A stretch of 64,000 nt of DNA. Source: Eledone cirrhosa. Its lineage: Eukaryota. This document shows positions 12,895 to 26,400 of the stretch, piece after piece. The notes below the pieces were generated by a model. That model did no database searches, was not told where the DNA came from, and worked only from the letters and a program-made list of their open reading frames with translations. Where the stretch lies: assembly GCA_964016885.1 (NCBI GenBank), contig OZ024750.1, forward strand, positions 25,606,001 through 25,670,000, given 5' to 3'. Within the stretch, counting starts at the first letter, position 1. Every line of letters begins with the position of its first letter. A program made the translations under genes and the position numbers.

Positions 12895-15260
12895 CTACTG
12901 GTAACATGTAACCCGGTACAAGTTATCGCATGGTCGGATCGTCGGCGACTAAACCGGCAACCCCACCAAGTTTACAAAGGACCCCTAGCCTTTGTCAGGG
13001 CATTCTTCTAGGAGAAGGCAACTCAATAAACTGGGATAAACTCCGATATAAAACCTGCGGCTCAGTAGTTACCGATGATGTTGATCTTTTCAGTGCACAG
13101 TCTTTCTTCACTTTAAAAAATATCTTCACGCACAGGCATTGCACGATAGAATTAATTAATAATTATTAATAATGGTATATCGTGCAATGGCCATACTCGA
13201 TGACGAGGAGACACCCATCGTGTGTATATATATATATATATATATAATAATTTCTTTAAAACTGTTCCAGTAGCTTGTTTCTCGTGTGTATATATATATA
13301 TATATATACACACGAGAAACAAGCTACTGGAACAGTTTTAAAGAAATTATTACATTCTACTTGGATATTGAGAACATTAACAAAAACAACAATGCTGAAG
13401 TTAATGTGGAAAATGCGGCGTAATTAAAACATGAAACTAACGATAATGTAGGAGAAACAAATAACTTGTTTCTTGAATTACCGAAACGATGAATTTTATT
13501 TTAACATGGATGTTTTTATACAACCCTTCATTCTAAATATCTAAGGTTTTTTTTAAAATATATAAATAAATATATTTCAATTTATAATAACATTTTCACC
13601 CTTGTATAGGTATGTATTACGGATGAAAAAAAAAAAGGCATTTACTAAATGAAGTATCCACGCTATAACGAAATTTATTTGTTTCGGTAATTTCAGAAAG
13701 TAATTTATTTACATTTCTCATTGCGTTAATTTTTTAAATACGCCGCAAATCTCCATATTTGCCTTACATCTCCGCCTATTTACCTATAATATATATATAT
13801 ATATATATATCAAAATAAAGATCCGAAGGTATGGTATAAATAATACACCTTACTATATAACGGCATAGGTTAAGTTTAACGTCCTCGAAAATGAAACTAG
13901 GTTTTCTGACAAGTGAATGTGTTTGTTTTGTTTTTTTTACAATGAAATTTACGATACACTCTTTGTTTATTTACAACAGGTCTCTATAGTGATATGGTGT
14001 TAATTAGTATTGCGTGTGTGATTATTTTCTCTTATATATATATGTGCGGGTGTGTATATGTGTGTCTGTATGTATATATATATGTGTGTTTGTATATATA
14101 TATGTGTTTGTGTCATCATCATCGTTTACATGTTTTTACCCAAATCCCTTATCATTCTCTGTCCTTCTTATGACCCGGCCTTAATTTGTTTATAGTTGGT
14201 GCCAACTTTGGCAAGATATTACAAAAACATCTAAACGATGATGATGACACAAACACACATATATATATACATACAGACACACATATACACACCCACACAT
14301 ATATATATAAGAGAAAATAATCACACACGCAATACTAATTAACACCATATCACTATAGAGACCTGTTGTAAATAAACAAAGAGTGTATCGTAAATTTCAT
14401 TGTAAAAAAAACAAACAAACACATTCACTTGTCAGAAAACCTAGTTTCATTTTCGAGGACGTTAAACTTAACCTATGCCCTATATAACTATAATATATAT
14501 ATATATATTGAATAATGAAAATAAATAAAACATGATGTTCAACAAAACAACAACAAAAAAAAAAGATCGATAATTACTAGAATCAATAAAGGTCGATTAA
14601 ATTAAGGCAGTGCCCCCCAACCGAAGTTTATTGACTGAATCGAAGGTTTACGCGCATACACCGATTCTATGTTTTCCCTACCCTGATGATAAACTCTAGC
14701 ATTATTTTTATGTAGCTGTCCAATATAACCCCTAGTCCCTATTTTTACTAGAAAAAATAATATAAATTGTAGATTTTCAGAATCTTGCTGATTACTAATA
14801 TAATATATATTTTTAATGATATTGTTTTTAACTCTATATATCTTTTATTTTTGACATCAGTATAATGATATTTTTATCAAAACTCTTGGGCTGTTATTTT
14901 TTTTCCCGGAGGGAACAATAATATAAGACCTGTCTTATAATATTGGGAAAAACGGTGTGTGTGTGTATGTGTGTGTGTGATCACTTGTTTTACGAAAAAA
15001 AAAACATGTTTTACTCATGAAAAATCATCACGCACATTTAAAAAAACAAATGGATCAAAAAATTGGATTGTGGAGTTTTAAAACATCCAGCTAGCATTTG
15101 AAATCTAATTTTCATCTTTAATAAATACTTAACTTTTCACTTATATATAAAAGTAATTTTATTTTAAAAGCACGTGTATTACGAAAAAAGAGAAGTTAAT
15201 ATCTCTGTTTAAACAAAATTTATTCGTTTCACGGACACATGTGCCCGCGTACACACACAC

Positions 15261-15300
<40 letters not shown>

Positions 15301-18300
15301 TAAGCAGAGATATTAACTTCTCTTTTTCGCAATACACGTGCTTTTAAAATAAAATTACTTTTCCCAACCATATTTACAGTGTAGGCTGGGTGCTTTTTGT
15401 CGTGACACCTACACAACCACTTTATAGTGTGTACTCGGTGCTTTTTGTCAGGTTGCCACCATGACCACTTTACAGTGTGGGCTGTGGGTTTTTGTGGGAA
15501 GGGTGTGTGGGGCTGAGTATTAGGACGTGGGAGGGATGGGGAATGAAGTTGGTGCATATCAAATGTATGCTTCAGCCTGTGCCCTATATGTGATATCTAG
15601 ATCAGTATGTCAGTGTGTTTGTAAGTCTCATATTTTATAAGGTAAAGAAAGAAAGAAAAAAAAAAGAAACTAAATAACTGTTTCTACTTTAGGCACAAGG
15701 CCAGCAAGTACCCAGTGCATTACTGGTACTTTATTTTATCCACCCCGTAAGGATGAAAGGCAAAGTCAACCTCGGCGGGATTTGAACTCAGATCGTAAAG
15801 GGACATAACTATGCTGGAAAGCATGGCGTCTGACCCTCTACCGATACTGCCAATCCACCGCCCAAAAAGAAACTAAATAACGTGGTAATATTACTTGCTT
15901 CATGTGAAAAACATTCTGTCATGAAAATACTAAAAGTATGTATGATAACTGTTTGCAATGCTGGTTACCATAGTAACTACACACTGCTCTAGTTGTCATC
16001 TGTCCTCCCCCGAGGTTGACTTTGCCTTTCATCCTTACGGGGTTGATGAAATGAAGTACCAGTAATGCACTGAGTAATTGCTGGCCTTGTGCCTAAAGTA
16101 GAAACAATTATTCCCCAATAGGGGGGAGATTTCTGAGGGTCGCTCGTGGAGAAAGCCCATAAAAAAGCCACGGTTACCCTGACCGCTAGGGCAAGTGCCC
16201 TCTTCTAGTTTTCCTCCTACGATGCTACAGGCATACGCTCAGGAAGGCAGCACTTCCCTCTTCACGCTGATTTTCCTTTTCAGGTAAAACCTGAAAAAGT
16301 TAATGAGGGCGTCGCTGAAGAAGAAAGTACCCGTCTTCAACCCTTTCAGACGGGTCCACCATACGATCTATTTTACCATGGCCACCAGACAGATAAAAAC
16401 TGCCTGCCCTTCCTGGCTAAAGGAAGGCGGCGGGGCAATCCTCATGATGGACTCAGCTGATAGCCGGATCCGTCCTGCACACAACAGCAGGTGTTCGACA
16501 TAAACCACAAGTCAGCAATTCTCGGACACTGGACGAGTGCATGCAGGATGGTTTCATCGCCCTGCACGCATCTCGGACAGGCCCAGCAGACGGCACTTCC
16601 ATGCCTGTAGAGTTTATCCCGAACTGGTAAAGCTCCTCGGTAGCACTGCCAGGCCAGGGATTTCTGGAAGTTGTCCATGAGTAATTGCTGGCCTTGTGCC
16701 TAAAGTAGAAACAATTATTATTATTATTATAATTAGAATTACGCATAGTTACGTCCCTTTATGGTCTAAGTTCAAATCCCGTCGAGGTTAACTTTGCCTT
16801 TCATCCTTACGGGGTCGATAAAATAATGTACCAGTAATGCACTGGGATAATTGCTGGCCTTATGCCAAAAGTAGAAACAATTATTTGGGCCGGGGCCCAT
16901 GGACAACTTCCAGAAATCCCTGGCCTGGCAGTGCTACCGAGGAGCTTTACCAGTTCGGGATAAACTCTACAGGCATGGAAGTGCCGTCAGCTGGGCCTGT
17001 CCGAGATGCGTGCAGGGCGATGAAACCATCCTGCATGCACTCGTCCAGTGTCCGAGAATTGCTGACTTGTGGTTTATGTCGAACACCTGCTGTTGTGTGC
17101 AGGACGGATCCAGCTGAGTCCATCATGAGGATTGCCCCGCCGCCTTCCTTTAGCCAGGAAGGGCAGGCAGTTTTTATCTGTCTGGTGGCCATGGTAAAAT
17201 AGATCGTATGGTGGACCCGTCTGAAAGGGTTGAAGACGGGTACTTTCTTCTTCGGCGACGCCCTCATTAAGTTTTTCAGGTTTTACCTGAAAAGGAAAAT
17301 CAGCATGAAGAGGGAAGTGCTGCCTTCCTGAGCGTATGCCTGTAGCATCGTAGGAGGAAAACTAGAAGAGGGCACTTGCCCTAGCGGTCAGGGTAACCGT
17401 GGCTTTTTTATGGGCTTTCTCCACGAGCGACCCTCAGAAATCTCCTCCCTATTGGGGAATTTTTCATTGTTTCTTTTTTGTTACATCCTCTGTTTTTTTT
17501 TTTTACATGCAGAAATGCCCATTTGTACCATCCTGTATTGTCCTTAATGTTATACTTTGTGTCAACCCTCGTGGTTAATTAAGAAAGCATTATTACTAAT
17601 GCACTGGGATAATTGCTGGTCTTGTGCCAAAAGTAGAAACAATTATTACTATTATTATGAGTTAAAATCCCGCCGAGGTTAACTTTGCCTTTCATCCTTA
17701 CGGGGTCGATAAAATAAAGTACCAGTAATACACTGGGATAATTGCTGGCCTTGTGCCAAAAGTAGAAATAATAATTATTATTATGTTCTTGTTCTTCTAT
17801 TATTTGTGTTTCTTATATTTTTCTTTTGATTTTATGGGAGATATAAGCTGATATAAAGATTTAAGAGTGTATGTACATAGATAGATATGTTAGAGAGAGA
17901 GAGAGAGATATAGGGGGTGGAGAAGAATTAAGAGGTGTAGAGATGAATATATGTTTATAGTTATGTAGTTAAAGAATCTCACTACTAAGAGTTTTCAGAG
18001 TCATGTACACATGTACCTAATCTTTTGGACAGTTGTATTAAAATAGTTGAATACAGTGTATTCCTGGCATTCGTGGTCCTGATGTTTGCTGAATTTTCCT
18101 TAGAACCTAACTAATAATTGTTTGAGGAAACCACCGCTTATTCATGGAATCGTAAATATCATCCGCAATTTTTTTAATGGATTCTTTCGTAGCAATATAT
18201 ATTTTTTTAATGCTAAATTATTAATAACAATATATCGTATTTGCTGGCCTAATGGACGCCGCTTCGTATAAGACACTCCCTTTATTTAATTATACTTTGA

Positions 18301-18755
18301 CGTTTATAGGCATTTTTATGGACCACGTCCAATATTCGTGGTTTTACACTCTTCTCGAGTGCTCTAGGAACTAAAACCCCCACAAGTACCGGGGGACAAC
18401 TGTATATATATATATATATATAGAGAGAGAGGGAGAGAGAGGGAGTCTGCGTTGCTGAGACCGAGAAAACCACTAATCATAGAAGTACTTAATGCATGAG
18501 GAGATGCAGACTGGGTATAGAGATATGTAAAACCCTGACCACCGTGTCAAGTGGTTTTTGGCTTGTATGACACACAAGCTGAAACCACTTGGCACTGCAG
18601 GCAGGATATTACCTACCGTTCTGTCTCTCTCTCTAAATATATATATGTATATATATATAAAATACATATTGTATTTTGAAGAGCTCAGGATTCTTTTTCC
18701 TTTGAGCACATAATTTACAGGGAATAAAGCAAGTCTATGACACCGTTAATATTTG

Positions 18756-18798
<43 letters not shown>

Positions 18799-20331
18799 TA
18801 TATATATTTAAAAGAATATATATATATATATATAGGAAAATGTATGACCCCGACGGCAGAGCTCAAGCAGTTTTGACATTCTAACTACATGCCCATAGTA
18901 TCGGAGCTATGATCTTTCAATTCGGAGGAGCATCCCCCACAACAGAGTGCCTTCTAAAAGACAACACTCTGATGCAAGAATTTGTTTACTTGTTTCATTA
19001 AAGGAATGAGTACAACAGTAATTAATCCACTTGTGCTGTCGTTAGACAACACTAAAAACAAAAAGTCTGAAGTCTATCTTGAGCCTGGAAACGCAATAGG
19101 CTGGGGTTTATCCTGGTTTCCATGGTGTGAAGTGACTGAGAGTTCAAGACTCCCTGCTGGACAGACACCAATCTATTGCAGGGTTCAAGTTTGTCTCGAG
19201 CCTAAAGACTCATCAAGCTGATGCTTATCCTGGTTTCCATGGTGTGAAGTGACTGAGAGTTCAAGACTCCCTGCTGGACAGACACCAATCTATTGCAGGG
19301 TTCAAGTTTGTCTCGAGCCTAAAGACTCATCAAGATGATGCTTATCCTGGTTTCCATGGTGTGAAGTGACTGAGATTACAAGACTCACTCCTCGAAAGAA
19401 CACCAGTCCATTGCAAGGTTAAAGTCTGTCTCGAGCCCAGAGGCTCATCAACCAGGTGCTTATCCTAGTTTCCATAGCCTGAAGCGACTGAGAGTACAAG
19501 ACTTCCCTGGACGGGATGCCAGTCCATCACAGAGTTAAACCCCAGCTACTGCTGGTACTTTTCATGAAATGTTTTGCTCAAGAACACAACATGCAGCTCA
19601 GTCCAGGAATTGAACCCATGACCTTATGATCGTAAGTCCAACACACACTAGACCAGGGGTTCTCAACCTTTTTTTCGCTGTGGACCACCAAAATAAGTAA
19701 TTTTTTCCTGTGGGACCACCTAAACTTTTAAATCTTTTGTAATAGAACTGCTAGATACATTCTAACCACATGCCCATAGTATCAGAGCTGTGAACTCGAA
19801 ATTTCCAAATATAATGGACATGTGTGTAATTAAACAAAATATTATATTAGTTACATTTTTGTGAAATGGTTACAATTTTTTTATGGCTATGAATTCTCTG
19901 TGGACCACTAGAAATGCTATGTGGACCACCGGTGGTCCACCTGGACCACGTTGAGAATCACTGCACTAGACAACACAATAATTAATTCCATAGATATGAA
20001 CAGTACAAAGTAGATTAAAGTTGAATTTATTTTTGTTTTTAAAATTTTAACAGAATTTATTATTTGACGAGATTTTATCAGCCCAACACAAACTTTCATC
20101 ATCATCATCATCATCATCATCACCATCATCAAACCTTCTCCCCCACCACCACCACCATCATCATCACCATTTAAGTAAGTAGTAATAAAACGAGACACTC
20201 TGTGTTACAACACACATATGCAATTGGACATCTTATCAAACTTCCACTAGTTCACATTTGTGCATAAAATTTAGATACGTCATATCCCTCATGAATATTT
20301 TTGTTCATACCTTAGTTTTCCTTCATAGAAT

Positions 20332-20362
<31 letters not shown>

Positions 20363-23300
20363 TATATGGAGGCACATGGCTTAGTGGTTAGAGCATTGGC
20401 CTTGCAATCGAAAGGTTGTGAGTTCAATTCTCAGACCGGGTGATGTGTTGTTTCCTTGAGCAAGATACTTTATTTCACATTGCTCCAGTTTACTCAGCTG
20501 TAGAAATGAGCTGTAGAAATGATAGGGACTGAGGTCCCTATCATTCCACTGCAAAGTGGTCGTGTAGGTGCCACGGCAAAAAAGCACCCAGCACTCACTG
20601 TAAATGAGGTTGGGCTTCCAGCTGTAGAAATCAAGCCAGAATCAGTTCCCGTCCCACCCTTGCAAGCAGGGAAAAAGCAGACATAAAATGAAATGATGAT
20701 GATGATTTATATATATATATATATGTACACACACACATGTATATATCTTATATATATATATATATATATGCACACACACACATGTATATATATATATATA
20801 CACTAATGTTGTACTTGTTTTGCAAGTTATTTTTTATTCAACATTAATTAAGTCTTGTGACTAAAATAATTCTGTAATGGTAAAAGTATTGCAGCCATAA
20901 CACTGCTGAATTCTTCACTTTCATTTATTAACATTTCACTAATAATCAAATGATGATGATGATGAGGATACTTACATCTTCAATGTCTATTATGACTCTA
21001 CCATAATGTAAAGTATTGTAGTTGCAGCACATGATCTCATGCTAAAATATTTGCTGGTTACAAGTACGACACAAAAAAATATACTTATTATGTATAACAT
21101 ATGTGTTTGTTGCTGTGTGTGTGTGTGTGTATATGTGTGTTGTCATCATCATCATCAGCATCGTCATCACCATTTTACGTCCATTATTCCACGCTAGCAT
21201 GGGTTAGATGGGTTGTCCTGTTGTGGGCGATGTTAGGTTGGCTGACCTTGTCTTGCTCATACGGGAACTGATTCTGGCTTGATTTTTACAGCTGGATGCC
21301 CTTCCTAACACCAACCTTATTTACAGTGAGTGCTGGGTGCTTTTTTTCCGTGGCGTCTACACGTCCACTTTACAGTGTGGGCTGGGTGCTTTTTTGTCGT
21401 GGCACCTCCACGACCACTTTGCAGTGGGAGGGGATCTGGGCATACTGTCTATATGCTTCAGCTTCGGCTTGTTCCCGTGGCAAGTTGGGTCTTCTGTATT
21501 ACTGCGTGACGTCAGAGGTCACGGTCGTGTGCCATCGCCCTTGAGAGGTGCAATTGAGCAAGGTCCGCTTTTATCACCTCATCCCATGTCTTCTTGGATC
21601 TCCCCACTCCATGGTTTCCATCAACTTTTAGTGCTCTGCACCTTTTTATGCAGCTGTTATTCTTCATACGCATCACATGTCCATACGAACGCATCCTCCT
21701 CTCCTGCACACAGCTTTTGAGTCCTCTTATGCTCAGTCCCTCTCTCAGCTCGTTTATGCTTTGCTGTTCACATATATTACTATTACACATTCATCAGAGC
21801 ATGCAGGCTTCGTTTCTTTCTAATCTACACAATTCTTCTACACACAGCGCCCAGGTCTCACTACCATGTAGCATTACTGTTCGTATATACGCATCATACC
21901 GTCTGCCTTTCATTTTGAGGGAAAAGCCTTTTGCAGCTAGCAGTGGTAGTAGCTCCCTGAACTTCTTCCATTCCGTTCTTACCCTGGTTACTGTACTTTC
22001 AGAACACCCACCTCAGCTGCTAATTTGGTCATCTAGGTAGCAGAAGCTGTCTACTGTTTCTACAGAGCCCTCCCAGAGTTTGGTAGTGCTTGTTTCCTGT
22101 GGCTGTTTACTGCTTACTGTCCCGGTGCGCCTGCTACATGTAAAGCCTACATTCCTAACTAAGCTTCCTGAGATCCCACTACATCTCTTATGTACCCATA
22201 GTTTGCATTTGGGGCAGAGGATGGAATTTCTACCTACACCTTTCCTACATACTGAGCAAGGCCATTTCTCTGAGGGGATCTGCATTCTGTTTTCTTGTCT
22301 ATTTACGAGGAACTTAGTCTTTGTCAGGTTGACTTTGAGACCCCTTCTTTCTAGTCCCTGCTTCCATGTTTGGAATTTCTTCTTAAGTTTTGCTATAGAT
22401 TCAACTATAAGTGTAAGAACATCCGCATACAGCAGTTCCCATTGGGCATCCGGTCTTAAACTCTTCTGTTATAGCCTGCAACAAACAGGAGAGGGATAAG
22501 AACAGAGCCCTGGTGGACACCAACCTCTATGCTATAATAATAAGCGAGCTATAGTCATTGTTACAGACCGTAAAGTAAATATAAATAGAAAAGGATAAAG
22601 ATCCCATAACTCCTTGTGGAGTCATTGAGGCACAGTTATACGGTGTGTCTAGGGCACATTTAAACTCAGCAGAACCCAACCCTCTCCAGGTCTGAACACA
22701 GCCGATTTTTTTCTATGGAGGAAGCATCGACCCCAGTACTGAACTGATACTTTTTTTATCAATCTCGAAAGGATGAAAGGCAAAGTTGACCACAGCAGGA
22801 TTTGAACTCAGAGCACGCAAAGAGATGGGATGATACCGTAAAGCATTCTACCTGACGTCTTAAAGATTCTGTCAATTTGCCGCCTTTATAGTAAATATAG
22901 AATAATGTAAATGCTAAAGGATTAATCCACTTTTACCCTGTTTCCATTCTATTCTTATTTTAGTTATTATTCAATAAAATAAAGTAGCAGTCAATTACTG
23001 GGGCTGATTTAATCAAAATTCAGCCCCTTTTCCCTTAAATTGCTGGCCTTGTGCTTAAATTATAAATCTCTATAATTAAAATACTTTTTATTTCTATTCA
23101 GAGTTCAAGGAAAAATCGTGGCAGTACCAGTGGATATTTTATGGCTGGCAGGAACATGAACTGGATGCCTGTAAGTATAAATATAGATTTGATTTTATGT
23201 GGGTCCCAAACTATGGTTCTGCCATGAGAAGGGTTCAGCGCAGCCAACTGGCCTGTTTCTCCTCATAAAGGTGCCATCCAGTTTCACACTGCAAAGGTGG

Positions 23301-23452
23301 TTGGTGTTAGGAAGGGCATCCTGCTGTAAAAGCCCTGGCCAAATTTACAGTCCTGTAGGAGCAAGGTACGGCATGGCCAATTCTGGTCATACTTGACTCT
23401 CGACGGGGATGACCCACCTATCCCATGCAAGCATGGAAAATGGACATTAAAC

Positions 23453-23490
<38 letters not shown>

Positions 23491-26400
23491 GTGAAGAATA
23501 ATTTCATTGATTACAGGTTTTCAATTAATCAATAAGTAGTTCACTGCATTTCTCATGGTGAGTGTATCAAGGGTGTGTCTGTCACTCACTGTAAACAAAT
23601 ATCACAAAGGACTTAGTCAGGAAGACAACAGTTTCTTTTGTTTTCTTGCTCATGTTTACATCTTTTGTTACTATACATCAACAACATATGGACTCACACT
23701 AACATACGTACACACATATGCACTTGCATACACACACACACTCACATACACATACACATAAACTTACACACACATGCAGATACATACACATACATACACT
23801 CACATACACATCCACATAAAATACCACAAACTCACTCAAACACATACTCTCACACACAAATGCACATACATGCACACACACACATACTCACAAATACACA
23901 CACAGATGGTTTTCTTTCAGTGTTCAGTCTATTAAATTCACTGGTGATGATGGTGATGCTGGTGATGATGATGGGGATCATGGTGATGCTGATGATGATG
24001 GTGGTGGTGATGATGATGATGGTGATGGTGATGGTGATGGTGGTGGTGGTGATGATGGTGGTGGTGGTGATGATGGTGGTGATGATGATGGTGGTGGTGG
24101 TGGTGGTGATGATGATGATGATGATGATGATGTTGATGATTCATATGTTTATCACACACAGCTACAGCTTGTAATAATTTGTAATCATCATCATCATCAT
24201 CATCATCATCATTTTACGTCTGTTATTCCACACATGCATGGGTCAGACAGGTCCTTCTCAGAACGGCATCTCTCCACTCAACATGTTCCTTTGTCATCTC
24301 CTCCGTGGGCTTCAATGATCTGAGATCAGCTCCTCTCACCACTTCCATCCAGGTCTTCCTTGGTCTTCCTCTACTGGATCAAATTAATCAACAAGATTGG
24401 TATGGACATGTGATGCGTATGAAGGATGACAGCTGCATAAAATGGTGCAGAGCACTAGAAGTCGATGGAAACCGCGGAGTGGGGAGACCCAAGAAGACCT
24501 GGGACGGGGTGATAAATGCCGACCTTACCCAATTACACCTCTCAAAAGCGATGACACACGACCGTGACCTCTGGCGTCATGCAGTAATACAGAAGACCTG
24601 ACCCCCCCCCCCCATGGGTACAAGCCAAAGCTGAAGCATATAGACAATATGCCCCCACACCCTCCCACTGCAAAGTGGTCGTGAAGGTGCCACGGCAAAA
24701 AAGCACCCAGCCCACACTGTAAAGTGGACGTGTAGGCGCCACGGAAAAAAAACAGCACCCAGCACTCACTGTAAATGAGGTTGGTGTTAGGAAGGGCATC
24801 CAGCTGTAGAAATCAAGCCAGAATCAGTTCCCATATGTGCAAGACAAGGTCAGCTGACCGGACACTGCCCACAACAGGACAACCCGTCTAACCCATGCTA
24901 GCGTGGAAGATCGGTGATGATGATGATGATGCCACACCTCATTAGCTTACCCGTGTTAGGGTGGAACTTGGGTAGAAATCCAACCAAGGAAGCAATGTTT
25001 CCATTGGCTTTTCCATTGCTGATACTACCAGAAATTGGGTGAATATTTCAACAATTTGGGTTAGGCTCTTTCATGTTCTATATATATTTTCCTTTATAGC
25101 TCTCTCTCTCTATTAACCCATTTCTCTCCCTTTCCCTCTCCCTCACTCTCAGTCAATCAACCTCTCTTTCTCCCTATCATGCATTTTCCCCTCTCTCTCT
25201 GCCCCACTCCCTCACTCGTCTCTCTCTCTCTTCCATTATAACTCTCTCTCTCTTTCACCCTCTCTCCCCCACTCTCTCGCTGTCACTCTCTAATCTCTCT
25301 TTCACTCTCTCACTTTCTTGCCCCTCCCCCTCTCTCCACCACGCACCCCCCCCTCTCTCTCTATTAAAATGTACAAACTGGCATTGCCTCCCACCCCGCC
25401 ATTATCAAAGCTCATGTCTCTCTCTCTCTCTCTTTATGTCAAGAAGACAATGTTATCAAAACAATCAACTGTCATTCTAGAAATATTTGTTATCTCTCCT
25501 TGGAGGTGGGAGGGGGCATATAAATTTATATCCCACTTATATACACATATAAAGCGGTGGGGGTGGGGGGGGGGCATACATTTAGGCAACCCCCATCTGG
25601 TCATATAAACATACAGGGGTGGGGAAGGGGGGATATAGATTTAGTCACCCCACCCACCCTCTGGTATTCACGTACAGAGGTGGGGGAGGGGCGATGTAGA
25701 TTTAGCTGCCCCACCCCCATATTCACATACAGAGGTGGGGGGAGGGGTGATATAGATTTAGTCACCCATCCACCCCTCATATTCACATACAGGGGTGGAT
25801 GGTTCTGTTCAAACTGGCCATAACCAGCTACTCATACTGACATTAAGGTATTGTTCTCAAAATAAATAATATCAAAATCTCATAGATTCAATATTATGTG
25901 AGATAATTATGTGAAGTAAAGCCTTTATTGTGAAAATCATCATCATCATCATCATCATTGTTTAATGTCTATCTTCCATGCTAGCATGGGTTAGATGGGA
26001 ATTGTCCCACTTGAGGCAAGATTGATCGGGTGCCCGTGTCTTGCTCATATAGGACTGTATCTGGCAGGTTTTCTACGGCTGGATGCCCTTCCTAACACCA
26101 ACCACATTTACAGTGTGGACTGGGAGCCTTTTTTCCGTGTTTCCTACACGACCACTTTACAGCGGGGACTGTGTGTTTTTTTTTTTTGTGACACCTACGC
26201 GACTTCTTTAGTTTGGACTGGATGTTGTGGTACCAACATAACTTTACAGAGAAAGGGTGGTGTTGGTGGGAGTGGGAGGATGGAGTAGGGGTAGTGTGTT
26301 GGGGTATATATTTGGTTAAGAGGGGCCTACTTACTGTAGGTTAACTTTGCATGCAGGGAAGGCGCCAAATATCTCGATCCAGTGATTAATGTAAATGTTA

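Noticed and set aside
18520-18610. Hairpin of about 25 bp as a possible pre-miRNA
   Set aside because: One arm recurs at about 51940-51990, so it is more simply a small palindromic repeat element.
19065-19520. Tandem 116-bp repeats with minus-strand TTGATGAG...CTCGAGAC as a possible retrozyme
   Set aside because: The core reads GAGAC, not GAAAC, and stems I/III are not evident; it is the stem-loop 3' tail of SINE C.
23638-24174. Poly-His and poly-Met/Val ORFs
   Set aside because: Translation of (CA)n and (GAT/GGT)n microsatellites.
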